Assembly (NCBI GenBank): GCA_964411255.1
Contig: CAYPKD010000007.1
Location: forward strand, 13,344 to 77,343
From: an uncultured Gammaproteobacteria bacterium
Lineage (GTDB): Bacteria; Patescibacteriota; Patescibacteriia; UBA11705; DATKZF01
Length of the DNA stretch: 64,000 bases
Reading direction: 5' to 3'
The notes under the pieces are model-generated. The model made no database searches, was not told the DNA's origin, and saw only the letters and a list, made by a program, of their open reading frames with translations. Within the stretch, counting starts at the first letter, position 1; each line of letters begins with the position of its first letter. A program made the position numbers and the translations under genes. Positions 38,840-49,087 of this stretch are shown in pieces.

Positions 38840-40915
38840 ATGCCTAAAAAAGCAACAAAATCGAAGCAAAAAACACCAAAAGGAAAAAAAGGATACACTG
38901 CTGAAGAAATTACAGTACTGGAGGGTCTTGACCCAGTTAGAAAAAGACCTGGAATGTATATTGGAAACACCGCCTCAGAAGGTCTCCATCATTTGATCTG
39001 GGAAGTAGTTGATAATTCCATTGATGAAGCAATGGCCGGTTTTTGTAATCATATTGTTGTTCGAATTTTACCTGATAATATAATTGAGGTTACTGACAAT
39101 GGTCGCGGTATTCCAGTTGAAATTCATAAACAAACCAAAAAGTCAGCCTTGGAAACGGTTATGACCATTCTTCATGCTGGTGGAAAATTCGGACAGGGCG
39201 GGTATAAAGTGTCTGGCGGTTTGCATGGTGTCGGTGTCAGTGTGGTAAATGCCCTATCCAGCTGGGCTAAGGTTGAAGTAAAACGGGATGGAAGTTTATA
39301 CGAACAAGAATATAAAATAGGTAAAGCTCAAAAAAAAGTAAAAAAAGTTGGCCCTGTACGCAAAACTTCAAAAGTCAATCCGCTAGATCCAGGAGCTTCA
39401 TTTCAACAAGGAACAAAAATTACCTTTACACCTGATGACAGTATCTTTACTGAAACCGAATACAAATGGGAAAAGGTGTTAACTCACCTGCGCCAGCAGG
39501 CTTACTTAACCAAAGCAGTAAAAATTACTGTTATTGATCTCCGGGACAAAAAAAATTCTAAACTTCATAATTTCTATTTTGAAGGAGGTATAGCTACTTA
39601 TGTAAAGATGCTGAACAAAAAAGACGAATCAAAACATGAAAATATTTTTTATGTTGATAAAACAATAGATGAAATACAGGTCGAGATTGCACTCCGATAC
39701 ACTTCTGAATACCAGGAAACAGTGCTGGCCTTTACCAACAACATTCAAAACCCAGAAGGCGGCATGCATATTGTTGGATTCAGAACCGGTCTAACCAGAA
39801 CGCTAAATACATATGCGCGTAAACATAATATTTTAAAAGAAAAAGATGAAAACCTAACAGGTGAAGATGTACGCGAAGGCCTGACTGCAATTATTTATGT
39901 AAAAATAAAAGATCCGCAGTTTGAAGGACAAACCAAGGCGAAACTGGGAAATACTGAAGTTAGGCCTGCAGTTGATACTGTTTTATCTGAAGCACTAGAA
40001 GCATTTTTGGAAGAACATCCTAAAGATGCTGAGGCAATTATTGGCAAAGCCTTATTAGCAGCTCAAGCCAGAAGAGCATCTCGGGCGGCCAGAGAAACAG
40101 TTCTTCGAAAAGGCGTACTCGACGGTTTGACTCTGCCAGGCAAACTGGCTGACTGTTCAAGCCGGACGGCTGAAAAATGTGAAATATATATTGTTGAGGG
40201 AGAGTCAGCCGGCGGTAGTGCTAAACAAGGCAGAGATCGTGAATTTCAGGCCATTTTACCATTACGCGGAAAAGTCATTAATGTCGAAAAAGCTCGCTTA
40301 GATAAAATACTGGCAAACAATGAAATTAAATCTTTAATCATTGCAATGGGAACAAATGTTGGCGAACAATTTGAAATTGACAAATTGCGATATGATAAAA
40401 TTATTATAATGACTGATGCTGATGTAGACGGATCTCATATCCGGACTTTACTGTTAACTTTATTTTATAGATATTTTCCAGCATTAATTACCAAAGGGCA
40501 TCTTTTCATTGCCCAACCGCCGCTTTACAGCATTAAAAAAGGCAAGGAAATGGAATGGGTTTATTCTGAGATTGAAAAAGATGAAATGATTGCTAAAATG
40601 TCAAAAACGAAAAGTGCCAAGCCAAAGGCTGTAAAGAAAAAAGAAGATGAAGGCGAGGCAGGCGCAGAAGCTGATGAAAGCGCTGAAACAAAAACTGGCG
40701 TTTCAGTTCAGAGATATAAAGGTCTGGGTGAAATGAATCCTGAGCAGCTCTGGAAAACAACAATGAATCCTGAAACGCGGCAAATGAAAATAGTTACCAT
40801 AGAAGATGCTGAAAAGGCTGATGAAATATTTGATGTGTTAATGGGTTCTGATGTTGCTCCTAGAAAAAAATTTATTCAAACTCATGCTAAATCTGTTGAA
40901 AATTTAGACGTTTAA
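38840..40915 (+). CDS. gyrB: DNA gyrase subunit B
   Basis: VRKRPGMYIG, EVVDNS, GGLHGVG, VEGESAGG, PLRGK, DADVDG, RYKGLGEMN. Confidence 0.96.
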   Translation: MPKKATKSKQKTPKGKKGYTAEEITVLEGLDPVRKRPGMYIGNTASEGLHHLIWEVVDNSIDEAMAGFCNHIVVRILPDNIIEVTDNGRGIPVEIHKQTKKSALETVMTILHAGGKFGQGGYKVSGGLHGVGVSVVNALSSWAKVEVKRDGSLYEQEYKIGKAQKKVKKVGPVRKTSKVNPLDPGASFQQGTKITFTPDDSIFTETEYKWEKVLTHLRQQAYLTKAVKITVIDLRDKKNSKLHNFYFEGGIATYVKMLNKKDESKHENIFYVDKTIDEIQVEIALRYTSEYQETVLAFTNNIQNPEGGMHIVGFRTGLTRTLNTYARKHNILKEKDENLTGEDVREGLTAIIYVKIKDPQFEGQTKAKLGNTEVRPAVDTVLSEALEAFLEEHPKDAEAIIGKALLAAQARRASRAARETVLRKGVLDGLTLPGKLADCSSRTAEKCEIYIVEGESAGGSAKQGRDREFQAILPLRGKVINVEKARLDKILANNEIKSLIIAMGTNVGEQFEIDKLRYDKIIIMTDADVDGSHIRTLLLTLFYRYFPALITKGHLFIAQPPLYSIKKGKEMEWVYSEIEKDEMIAKMSKTKSAKPKAVKKKEDEGEAGAEADESAETKTGVSVQRYKGLGEMNPEQLWKTTMNPETRQMKIVTIEDAEKADEIFDVLMGSDVAPRKKFIQTHAKSVENLDV

Positions 40916-41038
40916 TTAATACCTATACAAATTAACCGCTGATTGACCTTAGCGGTTTTAATATTGACAAAAATAAAGGCTTATGATAAAATAAAACATC
41001 GTTGTTCGTTTCAAACTCACAACCATTGGAGGAAAAAA

Positions 41039-42205
41039 ATGGTTGCACTTAAGCATTCTAAAAGTCCTATTGGCACTTTTAATCCTGAATGGGGACATAT
41101 ATATGCAGTTTTCTCTGCTTTTGATAACAGCTCTATTGCTTTTATGACATATATTGGAGATTACAATACTGAACATATGAGAGTGATCTTTAAAGATAGA
41201 GTTCTAGCAGATGGACATGGAGCTAATGTAGAATCTGCTTTTTCATTTGATGGTAAAAAAATGGCAGTGGCTATTAAAGAAGGTAATCCGCTTCGATATG
41301 TCATTTATATAAATGGTGCAAAGTTCTATGAGCTTGATCCGATTTATGATAATCTCTACCACTTCATGTGGATTTCAAATGATGAACTGGCTTGGGAAGC
41401 CTGGATTCTTGAAGACAATAACGGCCCCATCAAAGAAAATCATAAATATATTAACGGAAAGAAAGTATCTGACTTTGGCATCACTCCCTTTGGTTATGGT
41501 CGCACTTCACAAATTTTTGTTAAATCAGGTAATGAAGAATTTATTGTCTTTGATGATGGCAGCCGCTCTGAAGTTCAGCCGCTGAGAAAACACTGGCCAT
41601 TTGGATTACCGACTACAACAACAGATGACAGTCCACAACCTGAAAAAGAATATAATGAACAAATTGACAGAGTGCGAGTGGTCTTTAATGGCCATAAGGG
41701 GCCTTGGTTTGATGATATTGAAAGCGGTGGCGGACTCAGAACCTTTGCCTTTACTGATGATCAATCAAAACTTGCGTATTTGGGAATTCGATATGCAAAA
41801 ATTACAAATCTAATAGCTCCTCTTTTCGGCAAAGCACTTGAACGTGCATTTGAAATTGAGGACAAAACAGGTAAGGTACCTTGGTGGGCTAAGCCACTTA
41901 CTTTACTTTATAATCCATACTTTGGGCCATTACACGCCTTGGCTGAAATGTCAAAACGCTGGTATGTCGTTGATAATGGACATATGTGGAAAAAAGCATA
42001 TCATCAAGCCCTTGATCATTTCTACACTCCAAATGGTCAGCTGGTAGTGACTGTTCTTGATGACAATAAAAACCGAGTGGTAATTGATGAAGATGAAGGA
42101 CCTGCCTTTGACTGCATTCAGGATGTGCGTTATCTGCCTGACGAAGGCTGTATTTCATATATTGGCAGACTGGGAAATGAATATTTCAAAGTAACTGCTA
42201 AATAA
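41039..42205 (+). CDS. hypothetical beta-rich (propeller-like) protein
   Basis: GGAGG RBS before MVALK; repeated FSFDG/FTDD/YTPNG and GPxFDxI motifs. Confidence 0.65.
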   Translation: MVALKHSKSPIGTFNPEWGHIYAVFSAFDNSSIAFMTYIGDYNTEHMRVIFKDRVLADGHGANVESAFSFDGKKMAVAIKEGNPLRYVIYINGAKFYELDPIYDNLYHFMWISNDELAWEAWILEDNNGPIKENHKYINGKKVSDFGITPFGYGRTSQIFVKSGNEEFIVFDDGSRSEVQPLRKHWPFGLPTTTTDDSPQPEKEYNEQIDRVRVVFNGHKGPWFDDIESGGGLRTFAFTDDQSKLAYLGIRYAKITNLIAPLFGKALERAFEIEDKTGKVPWWAKPLTLLYNPYFGPLHALAEMSKRWYVVDNGHMWKKAYHQALDHFYTPNGQLVVTVLDDNKNRVVIDEDEGPAFDCIQDVRYLPDEGCISYIGRLGNEYFKVTAK

Positions 42206-42248
42206 ACCAAAAGACCGGGTAATACCCAGTCTTTTTTAATTATATTTA

Positions 42249-43727
42249 TCAATTATTTTTTTCTTCAGGCCTCATCAATGGAAATAAAAACACATCTCTT
42301 AAATTCGGCTGCTGAGTAAGCAATGCTACAAGTCTTTCTACTCCCATGCCCCAGCCAGAAGTTGGCGGCATACCATATTCCATTGCCTTTACAAATTCTT
42401 CATCTTTTTGCATTGCTTCTTTATCCCCTGCTTGCCTGGCTTTCATCTGCTGATCAAATCTTTTTTGCTGGTCCACTGGATCAATTAACTCGCTGTAAGC
42501 ATTTAAAATTTCCCAACCATTAACTATTAATTGAAATCGGTCAACAACCATTGGATTTTTATCATTTTTTCTGGCCAATGGTGACAAGTCAATTGGATGA
42601 TTTATTAAAAATGTTGGTTTTATAATATTTGGTCTGGAAACTGCCTTATACAATGCATCAATTAAATTGCCCCGGCCAAGCTTATCCATATCTTCAATAT
42701 TAATCTTTTTCTTTTTAATTTCCCTTCGCAAATCTTCAGCATTTTCAAATTTATCAATATCAATATCGCAGTCTTTTTTTAACAATTCTCTAAATGAAAC
42801 TACATCCCAGGGTGCTGTAAAATCAACATCAACTAATTTTTCATCCCGGTTTAATATTTTCAGCTTTAATGTGCCTTTTAATTTTTTGATAACACTGGTC
42901 AGCATCTTTTCCGTAAACTTCATGTTGTCTTTATAATCCCAATAAGCTGCATAATGCTCAATCATTGTAAATTCCTGCAAATGACTGGGATCCATTCCTT
43001 CATTTCGGAAAACCTTTGCCACTTCAAAAACTCTTTCATAACCACCGACAATTAATTCCTTTAGCTGAATTTCCGGTGCAATCCTCAAATAGACATCAGT
43101 ATCTAATGCATTGTGATGGGTGGTAAAGGGTGTGGCCAATGCGCCTGAGGCGCTATTATTCAAAACAGAGGTCTCAACTTCTTCAAAATTATTTTTTTTA
43201 TAAAAATCTCTAAGCTCCTGCAGCAAACCGCTTCTAAATTTAAATCTTTCTCTGGTTTGTTCATTCATTATTAAATCTAAATACCTTTGTCTGTATAAAG
43301 CTTCCCTGTTCTTTAATCCATGCCATTTCTCTGGCAAGTCTCGCAATGACTTTGAAAGATATTTATATTTTTTTACCAAAACTGAAATCTCACCCTTTTT
43401 CGTTTTAAATACAGGACCTTCAACTCCAATAAAATCTCCAATATTTACAATTTGAAGCAATTCTTTGTATTTATCTTTTCCCAATTCATCAGCTTTAAAA
43501 ACAATTTGCACCCTGCCGGAAAAATCCTGGATATGCGCAAAGGTTAACTTGCCCATGTCGCGAAAAAGCATTAGCCTACCAGCAACTTTGACTTTTTTAT
43601 CCATCATCTTTTCAGTAATGTCTGCTGCATTGTTTTTTTTATCAAACTTGTCAGCAAAAGCCTGAATTTTTTTTGCTTCTAATAATTTTAATTTTTTTAA
43701 TCTTTCTTCTTTTGAACTGGAAGTCAT
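42249..43727 (-). CDS. lysS: lysine--tRNA ligase (class II)
   Basis: LPEKWHGL, RQRYLDL, YLRIAPE, FRNEG, NAYSEL.DP, YGMPPTSGWGMGVERL. Confidence 0.97.
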   Translation of the reverse strand: MTSSSKEERLKKLKLLEAKKIQAFADKFDKKNNAADITEKMMDKKVKVAGRLMLFRDMGKLTFAHIQDFSGRVQIVFKADELGKDKYKELLQIVNIGDFIGVEGPVFKTKKGEISVLVKKYKYLSKSLRDLPEKWHGLKNREALYRQRYLDLIMNEQTRERFKFRSGLLQELRDFYKKNNFEEVETSVLNNSASGALATPFTTHHNALDTDVYLRIAPEIQLKELIVGGYERVFEVAKVFRNEGMDPSHLQEFTMIEHYAAYWDYKDNMKFTEKMLTSVIKKLKGTLKLKILNRDEKLVDVDFTAPWDVVSFRELLKKDCDIDIDKFENAEDLRREIKKKKINIEDMDKLGRGNLIDALYKAVSRPNIIKPTFLINHPIDLSPLARKNDKNPMVVDRFQLIVNGWEILNAYSELIDPVDQQKRFDQQMKARQAGDKEAMQKDEEFVKAMEYGMPPTSGWGMGVERLVALLTQQPNLRDVFLFPLMRPEEKNN

Positions 43728-43995
43728 ATTTTTTATTTTAATACCTATATAAATAATTTACACTTATCTGACCTTATGGTCAAGGAATTAATCATATGTA
43801 ATGAAACACAGCTCACATAGCACGCAGCAAATACGGGCACAATAAAAAATATCCGAATTTGGTCTGACAAACTTTGATTTGTTACTTTAAAAAATAATTT
43901 TATTACACAATAAAAAACGTCCTGATTTATCAGGACTCTAAATTTTTGATTTTTGCCTTTTCATTTTTGATTTTTTAAAAAAGGGCTTAGTATTA

Positions 43996-44205
43996 CTAAG
44001 CCGGTCTTTGTTGCAACAGTCTGACATATTCTTCTGTTTTCCTATCGCAGAATAAATGCCAGTCAACTTGCACTCGCTGGCCCTTTGGACCAATAAAATC
44101 ATTTGAAGTTCCCATCTTTGATAAATTATGGCGCCTGGCCATAAATTCTTTAAAAGAAATTATTCGAAAATCATTCAAATTTGGATAATGATCAATGTCA
44201 CACAT
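43996..44205 (-). CDS. small hypothetical protein
   Basis: GGGGAG RBS and TTGACA promoter upstream. Confidence 0.5.
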   Translation of the reverse strand: MCDIDHYPNLNDFRIISFKEFMARRHNLSKMGTSNDFIGPKGQRVQVDWHLFCDRKTEEYVRLLQQRPA

Positions 44206-44398
44206 TCTCCCCCCTTCAAAATATGTAGTTGAACTCTTAAAATATACAAAAAAAAACTAAATTTGTCAACCTACGCAAATAACTTGCATTCTTTTTATAT
44301 ATAGTGTATATTATATTTGTAATAAATAGCCTGTCCAAGGGCTGTTTTTAAGACCAAAATTTACAAATAACAAGCACCAAATTCCAAATTTCAATTAT

Positions 44399-44587
44399 AT
44401 GGAAAAAACAAACCGAATCTTACAGTACATTAAAGAATCTAAATCTGAAATGAAAAAGGTCACTTGGCCAACAAAAAAAGAAACCACTAAACACACTCTT
44501 ATTGTGATTGGCGTTAGTTTGGGTGTAGCGGTTTTTTTAGGCGCCTTAGACTATATTTTTTCAAAGGTTATAGGTGCAATAATTTAA
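44399..44587 (+). CDS. secE: preprotein translocase SecE
   Basis: EMKKVTWPTKKE plus TM; upstream of nusG. Confidence 0.95.
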   Translation: MEKTNRILQYIKESKSEMKKVTWPTKKETTKHTLIVIGVSLGVAVFLGALDYIFSKVIGAII

Positions 44588-44653
44588 TTCGAATTCCACG
44601 GTTATTTTAAAAAATTATAATATATTTTTGCATAAAATTAACTATTTGTAATT

Positions 44654-45199
44654 ATGCCAAAACAAGTATTAGAACGAGGGCGACGCTGGTTTGTAATCCA
44701 TACCTATTCTGGCTATGAAGAAAATGTTGCAGAAAATTTGCAGCAAAGAATCGAATCAATGGACATGGAAGACAAAATTTTTACTGTCCTCATTCCAACA
44801 GAGAAAAAAATAAAAATTAAAAACGGAAAAAGGAAAATTGTAACTGAAAAAATCTTTCCAGGTTATGTTTTGGTTGAAATGATTGTAACTGATGATTCCT
44901 GGTATGTTGTAAGAAACACTCCAAATGTAACAGGATTTATCGGTACTGGAAACACGCCTACGCCAATTTCCAATGACGAAGTGAATGCCTTAAAGAAAAG
45001 AATGGGAGTTGAAGAACCAAAATATAAAATTCCGTTCAACCCTGGTGATCCGGTTAAAATCACTGATGGTCCATTCAAGGGATTTGAAGGCAAAGTGGAT
45101 GAAATCAATGAGGAAAAAGGCAAAGTTAAAGTATTGGTTTCAATGTTTGGTCGAGAAACTCCTGTAGAGCTTGACTCCTTGCAAATAAAGGAGGTATAA
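44654..45199 (+). CDS. nusG: transcription factor NusG
   Basis: WFVIHTYSGYE, FPGYVLVEM, KOW motif GPFKGFEG, FGRETPVEL. Confidence 0.97.
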   Translation: MPKQVLERGRRWFVIHTYSGYEENVAENLQQRIESMDMEDKIFTVLIPTEKKIKIKNGKRKIVTEKIFPGYVLVEMIVTDDSWYVVRNTPNVTGFIGTGNTPTPISNDEVNALKKRMGVEEPKYKIPFNPGDPVKITDGPFKGFEGKVDEINEEKGKVKVLVSMFGRETPVELDSLQIKEV

Positions 45200-45287
45200 T
45201 CTTAAAACATTTAAATTAAATGGTCCTATGGTTAAATTATTCGAAACCATTTGACTATTTGTATTGATTCGTAAAATTTGTAACTTT

Positions 45288-45710
45288 ATGGCAAAAGAAG
45301 TATTAACGAAAATTAAACTACAAATTCCAGCTGGAAAAGCAAATCCAGCTCCGCCTGTTGGTCCTGCTTTAGGTCAGCATGGTCTTAATATACAAGATTT
45401 CTGTAATCAATTTAATGAAGCGACAAAAGACAAAGGTGGAGATATTATTCCTGTAGAAATTTCTGTTTACAAAGACAGATCTTTTGACTTTATATTAAAA
45501 ACGCCACCAGCATCAACTTTAATAATGAAGGCCGCAGGTATAAAAAAAGGCGCTGGTAATCCGTTAACAGACAAGGCTGGGAAAATAACCAAACAGCAGG
45601 CAAAAGAAATAGCTGAAATAAAAATGCCGGATTTAAATACAGACGATATTGATCAGGCAGTAAAAATTATTGAAGGCACAGCCAGACAAATGGGAGTAAA
45701 GGTTAAATAG
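45288..45710 (+). CDS. rplK: 50S ribosomal protein L11
   Basis: [18 protein letters not shown]. Confidence 0.97.
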   Translation: MAKEVLTKIKLQIPAGKANPAPPVGPALGQHGLNIQDFCNQFNEATKDKGGDIIPVEISVYKDRSFDFILKTPPASTLIMKAAGIKKGAGNPLTDKAGKITKQQAKEIAEIKMPDLNTDDIDQAVKIIEGTARQMGVKVK

Positions 45711-45736
45711 ACTGGTAAATTTTATCAACTAATAAC

Positions 45737-45781
45737 TGTGGGAGTCTGTTAACTATAAAGATTTCAGACGCTCGCACCACA
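45737..45781 (+). promoter_or_regulatory. putative L1 autoregulatory mRNA site
   Basis: TGTGGGAG..hairpin..ACCACA between rplK and rplA, resembling L1-binding leaders. Confidence 0.65.
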
Positions 45782-45847
45782 AACAGATTGCATAAACAGT
45801 AAAATAGATAAATATTTTTCTGTTTCTATGTTTTTCTGTCATTATAT

Positions 45848-46528
45848 ATGCCACGTTCTAAACGTTATCAAAATTTATTAAAAAAAATCGATAAGGAATC
45901 AGCATATCCTTTCGAACAAGCAATTAAGCTTATTAAAGAAACTTCAACCACTAAATTCGATTCTGGTATTGAAGTTCATGTTCGTTTAGGTATAGATCCA
46001 AAAAAAGGCGATCAGCAAGTCCGCGGAACTGTTGTCTTGCCGCATGGCATTGGCAAGACACAAAAAGTTGCTGTTTTTGCTGAAGGAGATAAAGCAAAGG
46101 AAGCTAAAGAGGCTAAAGCAGATTTTGTTTATAATGAAGAAGATATTGCTGATATTAAAAAAACTGGAAAAATTGCATTTGATATTGCAATTGCTCCGCC
46201 AGAAATGATGAAAAAACTTGCGCCAGTAGCAAAAGTCTTAGGTCAAAAAGGCCTAATGCCAAGTCCAAAAAACGAAACTGTAACGCCAAATATTAAAAAA
46301 ACTGTTACTGAATTAAAAGCTGGAAAAATTGCATTTAAAAATGATGATACTGCAAATCTTCATCAATTAATTGGCAAAGCTTCTTATGATGATAAAAAAT
46401 TACTGGAAAATTATAACACCTTAATGAAAGCACTGAAAGACTCAAAACCAGATGGAGTAAAAGGCACATTTATCAAAACCGTTTATTTGACATCCAGTAT
46501 GGGGCCAAGCGTAAAAGTAGAATTATAA
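45848..46528 (+). CDS. rplA: 50S ribosomal protein L1
   Basis: LGIDPKK.DQQVRG, GLMPSPK, SSMGPS. Confidence 0.97.
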   Translation: MPRSKRYQNLLKKIDKESAYPFEQAIKLIKETSTTKFDSGIEVHVRLGIDPKKGDQQVRGTVVLPHGIGKTQKVAVFAEGDKAKEAKEAKADFVYNEEDIADIKKTGKIAFDIAIAPPEMMKKLAPVAKVLGQKGLMPSPKNETVTPNIKKTVTELKAGKIAFKNDDTANLHQLIGKASYDDKKLLENYNTLMKALKDSKPDGVKGTFIKTVYLTSSMGPSVKVEL

Positions 46529-46570
46529 AAAGAAAAAATATAAATTAAAATAGTTGTCTGGTGTAGACAA

Positions 46571-46894
46571 CTATTTTTTTTTAGGGGTCCAATGAAGTTT
46601 CAAAGCCTCAATATCATTGAGAAAAAATCTGGCTGAGCGAATAAGATCCTCTGATACCTCAACTTTTTTCTTTTCCACAGATCTCCATCCCCTGCCGACA
46701 AATCCCAGTGCAACGTCAAATTTATCATTACTTCTAAAAATAAATAAAATTTTATTGATTTGACTATCCTTAACAATATATCCTTCAACCTTATCAATTC
46801 CTTCAAGCCGTTCATGAACCTCGCTGGATTTATCTTTTGCTCTTATCAATTTTACATAATATCCTATATTTTTCTTTTCATTACCAGCAGCCAT
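46571..46894 (-). CDS. hypothetical protein
   Basis: AGGAGG RBS, TTGACA promoter upstream. Confidence 0.6.
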   Translation of the reverse strand: MAAGNEKKNIGYYVKLIRAKDKSSEVHERLEGIDKVEGYIVKDSQINKILFIFRSNDKFDVALGFVGRGWRSVEKKKVEVSEDLIRSARFFLNDIEALKLHWTPKKK

Positions 46895-47028
46895 TGAAAT
46901 CCTCCTTTTTCATCAATTAAAATTAGCATAAACAAATAATTGTGTCAATATCTGTAATATCTGATAAAAGTATAGACAAAATATTTTTTCGTAATTTATT
47001 TCAGGACATATTTTCATTTATAGCAACT

Positions 47029-47181
47029 GGGGTCTGGGGGGCTGATTGCCCATAACAAGAAAGTTAAACATAATTGACACTTCGCATTTGAAGCCCCCCA
47101 ATGGTTTTTGCCTACTTTTTGGCGCCAAAAAGTAACTTGGCGCAAGCCCAGAACCGTATGGTTCTGGGCAAGCCAACATTG
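47029..47181. repeat. dispersed MITE-like repeat, copy 2 (with an extra 26-nt hairpin insertion)
   Basis: Matches 35055-35181; extra segment at 47147-47172. Confidence 0.8.
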
Positions 47182-47343
47182 CAAGGACTTATTAGTTTTG
47201 TCAATCCTAATAAAATAATATATTTGTAATCCCCTGATAAAAGTACTTTCAAAACCCTTATTCGTAATATGGTCTTGCAAGGCCCTTTTGCTTTTGTCAG
47301 TTTTGACTCCAATAAAAAACTGCAATGAATGTCATTGCAGTAG

Positions 47344-47553
47344 TTATGCAGCGATTGAAACCGCTGATACTTTTGCCAGAGCTATTGCTTCTAGCGCTTT
47401 CCTATGAATTTCACTTCCTGGATTAGCTGTATGAGCAATTTCTGCCCATTCTTCATCAGTCAAATTGCTAAAAAATGAAGAATCCAGCCTGTGCCCAAAA
47501 AGTTTTACTGTAGTACTTATACCAAAAATTCTTCTAGCATTTTCAATGGTCAT
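47344..47553 (-). CDS. cassette D small protein (ends SIAA)
   Basis: AAGGAGG RBS; ungapped similarity to the cassette B protein (FF..LT...W.EIA..A.P.S.I...ALE). Confidence 0.75.
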   Translation of the reverse strand: MTIENARRIFGISTTVKLFGHRLDSSFFSNLTDEEWAEIAHTANPGSEIHRKALEAIALAKVSAVSIAA

Positions 47554-47747
47554 TTAATCCTCCTTATTCAGAATTTTCTGGCTTTAAAAAAATAAAAAAC
47601 TCTTTTCGAGTCTTTCTATAATAATTATATCAAATATACAGGCTCATGTCAAGCATTTGTACACATTTATAACCCTGAATTGCAAAACCCTTTAATTTTG
47701 GCAGCTTTGAGATGAAATAAAAAAGCTGCAATGAATGTCATTACAGC

Positions 47748-48107
47748 TTAAGCAGCTATTGCCTTGCTTTGGCTCGTATCAACTTTTGCCTTGCTTCGGC
47801 TCATTTTCTGCAAACGTCTTAAGTACTTAGAAACAAGTCTCCAATAACGCATTGAGTATTCATCATTGCCAGGCGGACATGATATCATAATACCATTTAT
47901 CGCCTTGGCCAGTAAAAAACTGTTACCGATTTGATAAGCATTTTTAGCCATTTCAGCCCACTTTGAAACATGGACTGCAGCCATTGCTTCTCTTGAATCC
48001 ACAGGGATATCAACTATTCGGCTATCAGTTTTAATTCTTACTGTATCTCTGCGCCTGCGCTGAGGCTTTTTAGCAGAAATATTTTTAGGACAAACCTCAA
48101 AAGTCAC
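47748..48107 (-). CDS. cassette C small protein (ends AIAA)
   Basis: AAGGAG RBS before in-frame GTG 48107. Confidence 0.65.
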   Translation of the reverse strand: MTFEVCPKNISAKKPQRRRRDTVRIKTDSRIVDIPVDSREAMAAVHVSKWAEMAKNAYQIGNSFLLAKAINGIMISCPPGNDEYSMRYWRLVSKYLRRLQKMSRSKAKVDTSQSKAIAA

Positions 48108-48284
48108 AAAGTAACTCCTTTCCAAGTAGCTTTTAAAACGAAAAAAGCCCGTGAACTGAGCTTCTATAAACATTATAGCAAATAAAATAAAATTTGTCAA
48201 GTATTTTTATCAACATGCTTGAATAAAATTGTTGTTCTATCCTCACCTTTATATTAAAAAAGCTGCAAATATTTGATTTGCAGC

Positions 48285-48638
48285 CTATGCAGCCATACGA
48301 TTGGAAAAAAGCCCTCTAAGGGCCTGCATATGTTTTGGTTCACATGCACGCATTGTCACTTCTTTCACAGCTCTTCTTCGAATTGGACTTTCTGGAGCAG
48401 CACATTCAGCTATTTCCAGCCATTCTGAAAAACTATCTGCAAGAATTGTCAGTTGTTCCAGGGCCCTTGCTTTGATTGGACTATCTGGAGCAGCGCATCC
48501 AGCAATTTCTTTCCATTGGGAAAAAGTTAATCTGTCAAAGAATTCCTCAGAGAGGCTTGATGCACAAATTAGTACAGCAAAACCTATTCCGTAGCGCTTA
48601 AAATAGTAATAGAAGTTTTTTTCCGGTTCAAAGCTCAT
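48285..48638 (-). CDS. cassette B small protein with a 31-aa tandem repeat (ends RMAA)
   Basis: AAGGAGGT RBS before ATG 48638; WKEIAGCAAPDSPI / WLEIAECAAPESPI. Confidence 0.75.
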   Translation of the reverse strand: MSFEPEKNFYYYFKRYGIGFAVLICASSLSEEFFDRLTFSQWKEIAGCAAPDSPIKARALEQLTILADSFSEWLEIAECAAPESPIRRRAVKEVTMRACEPKHMQALRGLFSNRMAA

Positions 48639-48823
48639 TTTTACCTCCTTGGATATGAGGTTTGTGTCTTTAAAAAACACAAAAAGCCCTTGAACTGAGC
48701 TTCTGTAAACATTATAGCAAATTAAATGCAATTTGTCAAATATTCTTATTAATATTTTTGAATAAAATTGTTGTTCTGATTCAATTAATTTATTAAAAAA
48801 GCTGCAAAAATTTGATTTGCAGC

Positions 48824-49087
48824 TTATGCAGCTTGTGCATTCCAGTCATTTAGCCTTTTCAGTATTATTCGTATTTTGGACCAAGTTTCTTTGTCTATTG
48901 ACCCTTTTATATGAACTAAGTCACTGGCTGCCTGCTGAACTTCTTTTTTATTTTGGGAATTTAGACCAGTTTTAATCCATTTCTCAATCTTATTATTATT
49001 ATTTTCCTGTACTTGCTGTAGCTTTACTGGCCTTAGCCTAGGTTTACTACTTCTGCGAGGCAAAAAAGTACCTAAACGCGCAACCAT
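48824..49087 (-). CDS. cassette A small protein (ends AQAA)
   Basis: AAGGAG RBS; same flanks as B and C. Confidence 0.7.
   Translation of the reverse strand: MVARLGTFLPRRSSKPRLRPVKLQQVQENNNNKIEKWIKTGLNSQNKKEVQQAASDLVHIKGSIDKETWSKIRIILKRLNDWNAQAA

Noticed and set aside
38840-46528. gyrB without gyrA, and rplA without rplJL, as gene loss
   Set aside because: Split operons are common, and absence cannot be judged from one window
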